Below, piece after piece: positions 13,898 through 25,819 of a stretch of 64,000 nucleotides of DNA. Both the position numbers and the translations under genes were made by a program. Within the stretch, counting starts at the first letter, position 1. Every line of letters begins with the position of its first letter. The notes beneath the pieces were generated by a model. That model was not told the origin of the DNA. It saw only the letters and a program-made list of their open reading frames with translations, and searched no databases. The stretch is from assembly GCF_006345805.1 (NCBI RefSeq), contig NC_043002.1:57226001-57290000 (forward strand), read 5' to 3'. The stretch is from Octopus sinensis. Taxonomy: Eukaryota.

Positions 13898-14195
13898 AGG
13901 CGCAATGGCCCAGGTTAGGGCAGCGGACTCGCGGTCGTAGGATCGCGGTTTCGATTCCCAGACCGGGCCTTGTGAGTGTTTATTGAGCGAAAACATTTAA
14001 AGCTCCACGAGGATCCGGCAGGGGGTGGTGGCGATCTCTGCTGTACTCTTTTGCAACGACTTTCTCTCACTCTTTCTTCTGTTGGCCTGCTCGCTTAGTG
14101 GCGTCATTTGAAGGCTAAAACAATACGAACCGCATTGTGACCAGCGATGTGTAGCAATATCTGATAGCCTAGTCGGTCACGGTGATCACAGTGAT
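13896..14195 (+). mobile_element. tRNA-derived SINE family B, near full length
   Basis: ggaggcgcaatggccca..ttagggcagcggactcgcggtcgtaggatcgcggtttcgattccc (A/B boxes); 3' part shared with 31456-31562. Confidence 0.85.
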
Positions 14196-14582
14196 ATATA
14201 TATATATATATACACACACACATATACACACACATATACCCACACACATACACTCCCGCCTCTCGTGTCAGTTTGCAGTGAGTGCTCTTCTTGTCACATG
14301 TTGCTGAAGAGGAGATAACCACTACGAAATGCTAGCATCCACAACTACATTGCTGATTGACGTATTTACCATCAATAATTACAACTGATGTTAAATGGCT
14401 TTAGTGGAGGACTGAAATCACTTGGCACTATTGAATTACATCGACTTGAAATATTAAACTAGCAAGCTGTTACTTTCGTATCAGTTCAGACAGATATTTC
14501 TAGAAGAGACACTGATTTCTAACTTTGACGGAATGTTACATGCATCTGCAAAGAAAGGGTGAACGGTGTATATATACATATG

Positions 14583-14637
<55 letters not shown>

Positions 14638-14841
14638 CCGTCTTTATCTCGAGTCCTATAGCTCATAAGACTGGTTACCCGCTTTTCATGTCGTATAAGT
14701 ATGTATGTATGTATGTATATATATATATGTATGTATGTATGCATGCATGTATGTATGTATGTAGTATGTATGTATGTATGTATGTATGTATGTATGTATG
14801 TAGTATGTATGTATGTAGTATGTATGTATGTATGTGTGTGT

Positions 14842-15053
14842 GTATGCATGTCTGAGTGTGTCTGTGTATAGGTTTTTGTGATTATGTACGTGCGTCTGTT
14901 ATATATACGTGTGCGTCTCCAGATGTGTCCTTGTTTGAAGTGAAGTGAACATAAGTGTCACACAAGAACACAAATAGAGACACACATCTATACATAACAG
15001 ACGCACGTACATAGTAAAAAAACCCATACACAAACACTCAGACATGCACATAC
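14842..15053. repeat. Imperfect inverted repeat, ~78-bp arms
   Basis: gcatgtctgagtgt..tatgtacgtgcgtctgtta..gtctc versus gagac..taacagacgcacgtacata..acactcagacatgc. Confidence 0.8.
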
Positions 15054-15547
15054 AAGGAGACAGAGGTACACACGCACACATGGAAACACACACACACATA
15101 TAAACACACAAACACATGAATATACACAATACATACATACAAACGTACACACATACGTACATATATATATATGCATACACACATACTTGCATACACATAT
15201 ATATAAATACATAAATACATACGTACATACGTTCATGCATACATGCATGCATGCATACATACATACATATGTGTATGCACATATGCGCACGCACACTGAC
15301 TCACATACATGCGCACAAACAGACAAAAAGAATGCAGCTCAAATAACGGACAGAGTCAATGACTATTGAAAAGGTTGCAAGACGCAACGAACATTTTAGA
15401 AAAAAACAAATAAATGAGTGGAAACTGAACCGGTGAGTGTGTTAAATAATAAGGCACTAAAAGAGAATGACTCTCCCCAGACACAACTAAAGATGGGTCA
15501 GCACACGAGCTCACATAAAGTTTTGTAAACCAAACCCCAAAACTATG

Positions 15548-15602
<55 letters not shown>

Positions 15603-15684
15603 AGATAGGGGTTGAAAATTTAACCCACCATGGGATGTTTCTCCATTTTCTAATTTTGTAGTATATATATATATATTATATATA

Positions 15685-15737
<53 letters not shown>

Positions 15738-15785
15738 ACCTACATATATATATTATATATACTTACACATATATATAAAGAGAGG

Positions 15786-15821
<36 letters not shown>

Positions 15822-16099
15822 CAGTGAGAGAGAGAGAGAGAGAGAGAGGGTGTGTGAAAGAGAGTGGGGGAAAGAGAAATGAATTATACAAAAACACGAG
15901 TAAAACTGGAGGCAACGATGAAACAATCATAAGTACTGCGTGGAATCAGAAAGCGAAAGCATGTTCCTGAAGAGCGTAAAAATATATAGCCAAAAAACAG
16001 TAAACGTAGAAGTGTACAACAAAATTCAAGACATAACAGAAGATAAATATGATGTTTCGGGTGAGACTCTTCATAAGATGAAAGAACTGAAAAATAAAA

Positions 16100-16156
<57 letters not shown>

Positions 16157-16744
16157 GAAGGCATGCACTGCAACAACGTGTCGCCGCATCCACTGTTTGT
16201 TGGTGACTCCCTCCTCCTGGTGGATGATACATTAGCACCACACAGGAAGCAACCCTCCAACGGGTCTGCTTGGGTTGTCGTTGCTGGTAAGAGTTTTATG
16301 AGGCTGGAGAGCAAATCCTACTTCAATCTCTTTTGGTCACCTTTTACGGCACGCAGAGGAAACAATACACCGGTTCCTACACAGGAGAGAGAAAGAAAAA
16401 GAAATGTATGATATCCAAACAAGGCATCTAGTCACATGACAAATCTCACATATATAATTTATGAGTATGTAATGGTGTCAGTGTAGAATTACAGAGAGAG
16501 AGGGAGAGAGAGAGGGAGGGAGAGGGGAAAGGAGGGATGGGGAGGAAAAAAGCCAAACTGATATAATAAAGGTTTAATACTTCTATGACGGTGATGGTGC
16601 TTGAATTTTCAACACTTCAGTCGATAGTCAGAAACCAGTATATGTCTCATCCTCTATATACGAATGCAATTGCCCTAGAATGATCTAATATCAACTAAAC
16701 GGATTTTATGGAAATATGGAAACATTATACGTTTTTTCAGTGAT

Positions 16745-17350
16745 TGGAGAAAGATCTGTCAAGACTATTGCTCTCAGCTATGGTCACCAACCAGTGTTAA
16801 ATTAATCTCAGAACTTGAGGCAATCCAACGAAGCTACATGAAGATAGCCTCTATGCAGCATATAAGCTATTGGGAAAGACTCAAGAGATTAAGACTCTAT
16901 TCCTTAGAGCGTAGGCGAGAAAGATATGCCATAATATACATCTGGAAGATCCTGGAAGGACTTGTCCCAAACTTTGGCATCGAGAGTTACACAAATACTA
17001 GAACTGGGTGCCACTGCATAGTGCCAAGGACTCCAGATTTGCCATCAAGATGTAGGACAAGATAGTGCAATAGCCTGGGCTTCAGAGGTCCACAGTTCTT
17101 CAATATCCTCCCGAAGGACCTGAGAGATCTGCATAGGGTGGATGTAGGCGTCTTCAAAATAAAGCTGGACCTCTTCCTGTCAGGTGTCCCAGACGAACCA
17201 ACTTCGCGGCAGGAGGTGCAGATGAGGGCAGCTGCATCAAGCTCTCTTATGAACCAAATGTCAATTGCTAAACAGCATTCGTGAATTAAAATTATGTAGC
17301 CCCAACATGGCCACAGTTCGTGAGCTGAAAGTAGATGAAATAAAAAAAAA
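16745..17350 (+). mobile_element. CR1-clade LINE 3' fragment
   Basis: ORF 16838-17065 SYWERLKRLRLYSLERRRERYAIIYIWKILEG matches the CR1 post-RT C-terminal motif; downstream FKIKLDLFL; A-rich end. Confidence 0.85.
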
Positions 17351-18059
17351 ATTTAAATAAGAAAGAAAAACAAATTTAGAAACGGTTCTCTCCCCTTAAG
17401 GAGAATAATCACTTTCACCCTCTCTCTCTCATCTCAAAATAATCGCTCTCTCTGTTCCTCTTTCTCTCTTACTCCGTAAGCAACAATAAGCAGCACCAGC
17501 AGTTGTTTTCACTCGAATAAGAACGTATAAACAGAATAAATAACCCTACTAATTGGACGATTTCCATTGTAATGGTATACCTTAAGTATTCCATTTTATA
17601 GGATCAAGTAAAGTGACTCCGTCGTTTTATTTGCTGACCTCTGGAACACCCAGCGTTGTTATATAAGGTATAATGTTACAGAGCCCGCCTGGTAGTCGTT
17701 TATCTTATACAGCTGTAATTGATCCGTGTATAAAGTACTGTCAAGAAGTATCATATATGTTCTCTGTATGCATTTGAAGTTGATAGAAATCTTTTTTTCT
17801 AACTTATCATATGTGCAGGCTTTACCGAAACAAAGCAATGTTTTGTTTATTTCACCCGAAAACACGGCGAATTTCTCGTTTCGCTGGATTATAATTACAG
17901 AAACAAATTTCAGAAAATGGTGATTCTTAAAGCATGAGAATATAGGTTACTGATATATACGATAGTGTTTCGTCTCTTTGCTATAATGTAATATCGAATA
18001 TATTGATTGAGCTGTGTTATGAGAATTGTGAACAGCACAGCTACCTTTTTTTTCTTTAC

Positions 18060-18282
18060 CTTTTACTTGTTTCAGTTAGTGAACTGCGGCCAGACTGGGG
18101 CACCGCTTTGAAGGGTTTTAGTCGAACAACTCAACTCAAGGACTTGGGTTTATTTTATTTTATTTTTTAGTCTGGGACTTATTCGAACGACTTCTTTGGC
18201 CGAACCACTAGATTATGAGGAGGAGGTAAACAAACCAACACCAGCTGCTAAACAGTGGAGGTGGGACAAACACAGACACAAA

Positions 18283-18300
<18 letters not shown>
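18060..18300 (-). mobile_element. SINE family A 3' half, degenerate
   Basis: ttttacttgtttcag..ctgcggccagactggggcaccgc is the reverse complement of the family A tail. Confidence 0.7.
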
Positions 18301-18322
<22 letters not shown>

Positions 18323-18689
18323 CGTATGTATATTTATTCATACATAAGCACACACGCACACACAAACACACACACAAGTACATATGCATATGTATGTATT
18401 CATACATACATACATACAAACATACATAAGCACACACGCACACACAAGCACACATATACATGTACGTATGTATATGTATGTATTTGATATATACATAAGC
18501 ACACACACACGCACGTACGTATGTATGCATATGTAGGTATTCATACATGCGCACATACATAAGCGAACACGCATAGTCACACACACGCACACGCACACAT
18601 ACGTACATATGTCTATGTATATATTCATACATACGTACATACATACATAAGCACTCACGCACAGACAGTCACATACACACACACCTCTC

Positions 18690-19850
18690 AGAACCTCTCA
18701 ACACTTGACACCAATATCTAAGCATTGTTGAAGCCTAATTTGATTACGAAGGAAGCGAAAGAAAACCATTTTAAGCTTTCGCCAAAGACTATGAATCCAC
18801 AGACACTTTTCACTTAACAAGAAAGAAGGACCAACCAGAATTGCGAGACTAAGACATTTACAAACAAACATAACACCTCTTTGAAGATGGGAAAAAATAA
18901 GGACCGGTTTAGCCACTACAAAGTGTATTTAAAGAACAATATGAATCTGAAAACCCTTTCTTGAAAAACTGGAACATCCCAAATCCGAAACGCAAACAGC
19001 AAGAACATTATCGAAAAGCAACTCAAACGATCATCAAAAACACAGATTCCAGAAAAATTCTAAACAAAGAAACAACCTTTTCAGGAGCAACAAAACTCCG
19101 TTCTCTTCAGGACAAAATACGCTTTGCCAGAGATATATAGAAAGTGACTTCATCGGAAGAAACTGGAACATTCTTCGTTCGAGATGCAACACCTCCCCAA
19201 ATCGGGTTCACCAGTTGACACTATACACGAGAAATTTTGAACGTAATGACTTCAGGCAGGACCAACCACAACTGATACGATATGCCAAAAATTATAACCG
19301 TTATGATAATTTTTGACAGGGTTGGTCACAACTGAAGACTTATTATAGATCAAGATTTTACTGAAGAACAGATAACCGGAGCACTGATTGGATCAACCGA
19401 AAATCACAGAATCATTTTTTAGACACAATAGACAGCAATCAAGACACTCGATGGTACAGATCGAATGTAAGATTTCGAAAGTTATAAATCTTTCAAAACC
19501 CTCGAAATGGCTTCACCCCAAACACCATAAAATTTCAGCATAAACGAAATACAGAATGATGTCCAGCAATTTTGTAAATAACTATGTGTAATTATCTGAC
19601 AAAGAAATCAATGACAAATCAATGTTTCATAATAAAATCAACAACATTCCGACAAAAGGTAGGAATAAAACTAGAGACAAATTCTGTGATTTCGTAATCA
19701 ATTTTTCTTGTAATTTACTACCACATCCGAAATTTAAACCAAATACCAGCTGAAAAGAATGGGAGATCATTAATGATTTCAAGGATGATCACAATCTAGT
19801 TATTTAAAATGTTGATAGAGGTAGTGCTGTAGTCATTATGGACTCGGAAC
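18690..19850 (+). mobile_element. Decayed Penelope-like element, N-terminal/early RT region
   Basis: ~19794-19849 translates to NLVI*NVDRGSAVVIMDSE, matching the Penelope-like 'IxxADKGxxxVIMD' motif; upstream sequence has decayed A-rich coding texture. Left boundary is approximate. Confidence 0.55.
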
Positions 19851-20637
19851 AATTGTCGCTGTTCCCCGTGCATATAATCATTTATCATCGGTTCTATAGT
19901 ACATTATAGCAATAATAATAGATACTTTATGAATCATCGTTCTTACATTATTTTCAATATTTTAGCCAAGTTTAGCTTTAATCAATTCATTTGATTTCTC
20001 TATAAATTCGTCATTTTAGCATCGTCTTTCATGTCCGACATCTTTCAAATTATCAATGTTATCGAAATTCCTGCAACGCTTGGTGTATGGAATCACTGTA
20101 ACAAAACGAATTTGGTAGTGCTCTTACGTATCTCAATGAATATTACCTCTGCAATCTTGTTAACGATTCTTTGTCAACAGAAATTCTATGTTGTTATAAA
20201 AACGAAAGTGTTTTTAGTTGAGTAACATAGACAAACACGTTCTGTTTCTTGGTTGTGTTTATTCAGATGCTTAAATAGTTTTTTAACTGAAGGGTTTATT
20301 ATAAGGACGATGGTTGTATTTATAAACATGTATTGATGTGGTGGCACTATCAACATCATAATTATACAATTAAACAATCAACGGCTTTGTATTCATATAA
20401 ATATTCGCCTCCAAAATTAAATAATTATTACCCTATTTACGCAAATTTGTAGAACATACATGAGTCTTGAGGTTCCCATTGGAGGATAGAAAGCAAAATA
20501 GTTAAGTGACTAATTCTGTTGTGTATGTATGTATGTATGTATGTATGTATGTATGTATGTATGTATGTATGTATGTATGCATGTATGTATGTATGCATGC
20601 ATGCATGTATGCATCCATCCATCCATCCATCAATCCA

Positions 20638-20746
<109 letters not shown>

Positions 20747-20834
20747 GTTCTCTCTCATTTTATGTATACAGACACATGCACTTATATACATACATATATT
20801 ATTATCTGTCTATGTATATACATGTATGTTTACA

Positions 20835-20836
<2 letters not shown>

Positions 20837-20867
<31 letters not shown>

Positions 20868-20985
20868 GTTGTTGTTGTTGTTGTTGTTGTTTTTGTTATT
20901 ATTATTATTATAATTATTATTGTTGTTGTTGTTGTTGTTGTTATTATTATTATTATTATTATTGTTGTTGTTGTTGTTGTTGCTG

Positions 20986-21060
<75 letters not shown>
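20837..21060. repeat. (TTA)n/(TTG)n compound microsatellite
   Basis: Direct reading. Confidence 0.95.
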
Positions 21061-21061
<1 letters not shown>

Positions 21062-21368
21062 GAGTGAAAGCAGCGCATGCTATCAAAGTGACACTAGGGT
21101 AATGTGTACGAAGTCCAGTATAATCATCATGACTACCCATCTGATAAGGGTACACCAGGAACATGCATCACAACCATATGTGCGCGACATGGTGATCTCA
21201 TATCAAGATAAACGGTGTATGACCTCGCAGGTGAGGCCCAATTAGAATTTTCTTTTGGTCGAGTAGCCCATCCCGTTCAAAAGGTCCCTGAGTAAGGTTT
21301 GTTTTAAGTATGTTGAACGAAACACCAGTGTTTCCAGAGGTGAATTATTCAAACCCCAAAGAATTCCT
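21061..21368 (-). mobile_element. TAA-associated non-coding repeat, truncated copy 1
   Basis: High similarity to 58976-59510 starting at tgagtga.agcag; flanked by TTA repeats on both sides. Confidence 0.85.
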
Positions 21369-21390
21369 ATTATTATTTTTATTATTATAT

Positions 21391-22525
21391 GAAACCTCAC
21401 GGCTTATTTTGCTGGTTATGATGGAAAGATGACACCTGTTTACTGGTCATGCTTCAAGAACCCTGCGAAGAATTCATGCAGTTCCAAGCAATGCTGATTT
21501 TTGTAGGTGTTCTACCTTCACACTTGCACCAATATTTTTCAGCTATGTTGGTAGCTGAGTGCTGATACTTCCAAGTGTACCAATTACTATTAGTATCATG
21601 TCTACTCTCTTCATTGACCAGAACCTTCGTTTTCCCATATCAAATCGTCATAATTGTTTATTTTTTCTTCTTCTTTCACATTCATCCTGTTGTCACCGGG
21701 CATGCCATGTCGATTATCATACATGTTCTTTGTTTTTTTTTAATCACCACAACAATGTCCCGTTTCCAATGTCTGGTCAGGTGATCGCACTAGATCATTA
21801 CGTTCCACAGGATTTTACAGTTTTCATTTTCGGTGACTCCATCTGGAGTTCGCTCATACCACGCCCTTGCTCTTTGTAGGCCGTAATTTCTATAGAACTC
21901 CCAATCGATCATTCTTGCCACATTGTCATGGTGTCTGTTGTATTCGCTTTGTGCCAATTTCGGGCATTCGCTAACGATGTGCCATACCGTTCCACTCTTC
22001 TCACCACACATTCTGCATTTGTTGCTATCGGTAGGGTTGTCTATTCTGCACTTCTTATAATTGGTCCTTAACGCTTGTTCCTGAGCTGCGCATATGAGTG
22101 CTTCTGTCTCTATCTTCAGGTCACACCTCCTCATCCAGAGCCACCAGTCCTTTGTATCTGTCTTAATGTTCTCATCTCTTGCAAACTGACCATACATTTT
22201 CTTTTCCTTGAATGCTTTTTCTTTTTGTTTTTGCTTATTTCTTGTTTAAATTTTTCTTTAATTACACAATTTTCAGTTTTGATGATTTTCAGTGTGTTTC
22301 AACAGTGGCGCCACAGCATTTTCCATAAACCATCCAAAGCTGTTCTCCTCTTCTTCGATACAGTCCTGGCAACTGATCAAACATCTCGCATCCTTTCTTC
22401 TGGACTAGTACAGCCTATCGGTGTCACTCTTTGGGTGGAAGACTTCGTGTATTGTCAACATTTTTCTGGTCTTGGTAGCCATTTTCTTCACTTCTCTCTC
22501 TTGCTATTTTATAATTCCCTTTGGT
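21391..22525 (-). mobile_element. R4/Dong-clade non-LTR retrotransposon 3' fragment (zinc knuckle plus restriction-like endonuclease)
   Basis: ORF 21790-22197: ETEALICAAQEQALRT, CRMC..TVWHIVSEC, RHHDNV, KILW. C-terminus LQKSALLGTA*ILRRVLEA at ~21453-21508; upstream FHPKSDTDRLY. Confidence 0.85.
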
Positions 22526-22529
22526 CTGT

Positions 22530-23000
22530 ACTGTGGTTTGTTGTGGTGCTCTTATTTTCACTGTATTGAAAGTGTTTTACGTTGGATGTGTGCGGTGCCT
22601 AGTAATGGTATTTTCTGTATGCTAAATATACTTGTAAGTCCTGCTGTTTTTGTTATGTATTTGTCTGAATGTTTTTTTTATCATACTTAATGCGCCTATT
22701 ATGATAGGAAATGGTTCTGTTTTTAGGCTCCACATTCGAGTATTTTGAAAGTTTCTCCGTTTCTTTGAAAGAAACATTGTCATCTGTTGGTAATGATACA
22801 TCGATTAGAAAACAATTTTTTTTTCTTGGTGATCTCTGACAAATATATCCGGCCTATCGGCCTTAATTTCTCTGTCTGTGTGTATTGGCATATCCCAGAG
22901 TATGGTTGCTTTCTCATTTTCTGTAACCTTTTCTTGTGTGTGCTTATACCATGTTTTTTTCTGTTGTTATTCCATAGTGTTGACATAGCTTCCAGTGTAT
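22530..23000 (-). mobile_element. Second R4/Dong-clade 3' fragment
   Basis: Minus-strand translation ends IQKIPLLGTAHIQRKTLSIQ*, with upstream ILWDMPIHTDREIKADRPD; lies close to (TTA)n at 23040-23190. Confidence 0.75.
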
Positions 23001-23092
23001 ATAGGTCCTAACTCTGTCGTGCCTGTGAATATATTCCTTATTAACCATTATCATTATTGTTATTGTTATCATTATTGTTATCATTATTATTA

Positions 23093-23168
<76 letters not shown>

Positions 23169-23316
23169 TATTATTATTATTACTACTATTAATGGTAATA
23201 ATACTTTATTAAATTTCATATATATGTATATTATATAAACAATATGCAGTATCTGTTACACCACTTCAAACAATCTATACATACATACACACACATACAC
23301 ACACATATACACAAAT

Positions 23317-23555
23317 GGTTGTGTGGTAAGAAATTTGCTTCCCAACCACATTGTTCCGGGTTCATTCTCACAGCGTGGCGCCTTGGGCAATTGTCTTCTA
23401 CTATAGTCTCGGGTCGACCACAGCTTTGTGAGTGGATTTGGTAGACGGAAACTGAAAGAAGCCCGTCGTCTTGTGTGTGTGTGTGTATGTGTGTGTGTGT
23501 GTGCATGTTTTTCTGTGCGTCTTTGTCTTTGTGTCTGTCTCCCACCACCGCTCCG
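23317..23555 (+). mobile_element. SINE family A 5' half
   Basis: ggttgtgtggtaag..ttccgggttc..ccttgggcaa..tgtgagtggatttggtagacggaaactgaaagaagcccgtcg. Confidence 0.85.
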
Positions 23556-23561
23556 ATACTT

Positions 23562-24581
23562 GAAGACTATTTGGAAGCTCGCTCTACGATAAAGTTTTGT
23601 GTGTAACTGGGCAAAAACGTTAAAAAAGAAACTTACGAAATGCTCCAGATGGCGCATGGATTAAATTGTATGAGCCGAGCATCTGCTTCTCACTGGCACA
23701 AGAAGACGATGGAGAGGCGGTGAGAGACCAAAACTGGTTGGGAAAATTTGCAATTTTCTGGACGAAGGCCATCGTGTGCCTATAAAAACTGTACACAGAA
23801 TTATTCATGAAGATCCGAATATGCACAAAATTTGTTTAGGGTGCTCAGTGACAAACAAATGGTGCGGTGGTGACAACAGGGAGATGGTTGAGTTCATTAC
23901 TTCCAGTCCACGAGTACTGGTCACCTGTGATGAAAGTTGGATCTACTGTTATGATTCAGAGACCAAGAGACAGAGTGACCAATGGAAACATCTTGGTTCC
24001 CGTCAACCCAAGAAGGCCAGGTAAAAAAAGTTCATCAGAAAGCCCATCATGAGTCCCTTTTTCGGCAGCAAGAGCATCATCTACAAACACTGGAGTCCTG
24101 GTCAGACAATCAACAAAGAATACTTTGTGGAGGTTTTGAGGGGTTTCAGGAAGAGATTTCATGGCAAAAGGTCAGAGCTCGTCCACTCGGGTTGGTGGCA
24201 CCTGCGCCAAGACACTGCACTTGTCTAAAATTTCATCCTGGTAACCAACTACTTGATAGAGATGGGCATCACCACTGACCCTCACCTTCCCTGCAGTCCA
24301 GAACCTGCTTCCTCCTGTGATATTTGGTTGTTCTTCAATCGGAAGGAGAACCTTTGTAGTAGTCATTTTGAAGACACTGAAAAAGATGAAGGAGGCTGTG
24401 ACAAGGGTGTTGGATCTCTTCAGTTTGGAGAACTTCCATGGAGCCTTCTCAAAATGGCTGGAGCACGACAACAAGTGCATTGATCTCAGACGATCCTACT
24501 TTGAAGGAGATTAGAGTTTCGTATTTTGAAATTGATAAATGCCTTTCTTAAAAAAGTTCCAGAATTTTTGGAATGCACCTT
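23562..24581 (+). mobile_element. Decayed mariner (DD34D) transposon, 5' end lost
   Basis: EARSTIKFCV..ETYEMLQ N-terminus; VTCDESWIYCYD; HLPCSPEP..DIWLF; terminus KCIDLRRSYFEGD*; followed by a TIR-like aagttccagaatttttggaatgcacct-ta. Confidence 0.85.
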
Positions 24582-25247
24582 ATAACCTCACTCTGTATTG
24601 CATTTCAGTGCCCAACCTTTTCTGTCATAACAGGCTCCTTTCTTATATTAATAAGGTCAATCCCATTTTTTTGTTATTTATCCTCTCACCGAAATATCTC
24701 ACTCGTCTTTAGTCTCTCTCTCTCTATCTCTGTCACTTTCGCTCTGTTTCTCTCTCTCTGCTTCTCTGTCTCTCTCTCTCACTGTCTCTCTCTCTCTGTA
24801 TCTCTCTCTCTCTGTCTCTCTCTCTCTGTCTCTCTCTCTCTGTCTCTCTCTGTCACTCGATCTTTGTTCTCTGATAAATCTCTAAAAAAAACCAACATCG
24901 ATAATACGATCGTAAATATTTCTAGTCGTCTTCATATTCTTTCATACACTAACGTTGTACACGGGTGCATGTATGTATACGGGTGTGTATATGCGCCTAC
25001 TTACGCCTCTCTTCCCCCTCCTCCTTTCTCACACAAACACACAGAAACACACACACACGCGCGCGCGCGTATATACAAAGAGCCATTATATATTATACAT
25101 ATAGAATGCTTATCTCTCTCTTCTCCTCCCCAATTCTATTCACACGTGCATACGTATATACATACATAAATGCACTCATACACACTTGCATATACATCTA
25201 TATACATCTATGTACATACATACATACGTCCATACATACATAAATTC

Positions 25248-25286
<39 letters not shown>

Positions 25287-25309
25287 ATCGCACTCTGTTT
25301 CATACACAC

Positions 25310-25420
<111 letters not shown>

Positions 25421-25758
25421 AAGAGAGAGAGGCCGGTAGAGGAAGAGGGAAAGTGCTCATAAATAAAATTCTATTCACACCTCTCATCATAATTTCAAGT
25501 TGTTTGTTTATAACTTTAACAAACACGATATTCTTTCTGAACGATGTGTCGAAGAAAGTTTGGCCTCATACCATCTGCGAGTCTATGGTGAGAGTGGAGA
25601 GAATGGATAAATGTTGTTTCTGATGGATGAAAAAAAATTAAGAACAAACTAAGGAAAGAAAAATCGATTGTGACTTAGAATTTGTGGGACCGCCTCTACC
25701 ATCAGTAAAAAACATGAAACTGATTAATGACTCCGTCTATCTGTCTATCTATCTCTTT

Positions 25759-25818
<60 letters not shown>

Positions 25819-25819
25819 C

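Noticed and set aside
13896-13970. tRNA gene
   Set aside because: A and B boxes are present but the sequence continues into a repeated SINE body found elsewhere in the window; treated as a SINE head. The same applies to the other tRNA-like heads.
19860-20430. Possible minus-strand Penelope GIY-YIG remnant
   Set aside because: Only vague similarity by eye; no motif I can defend.
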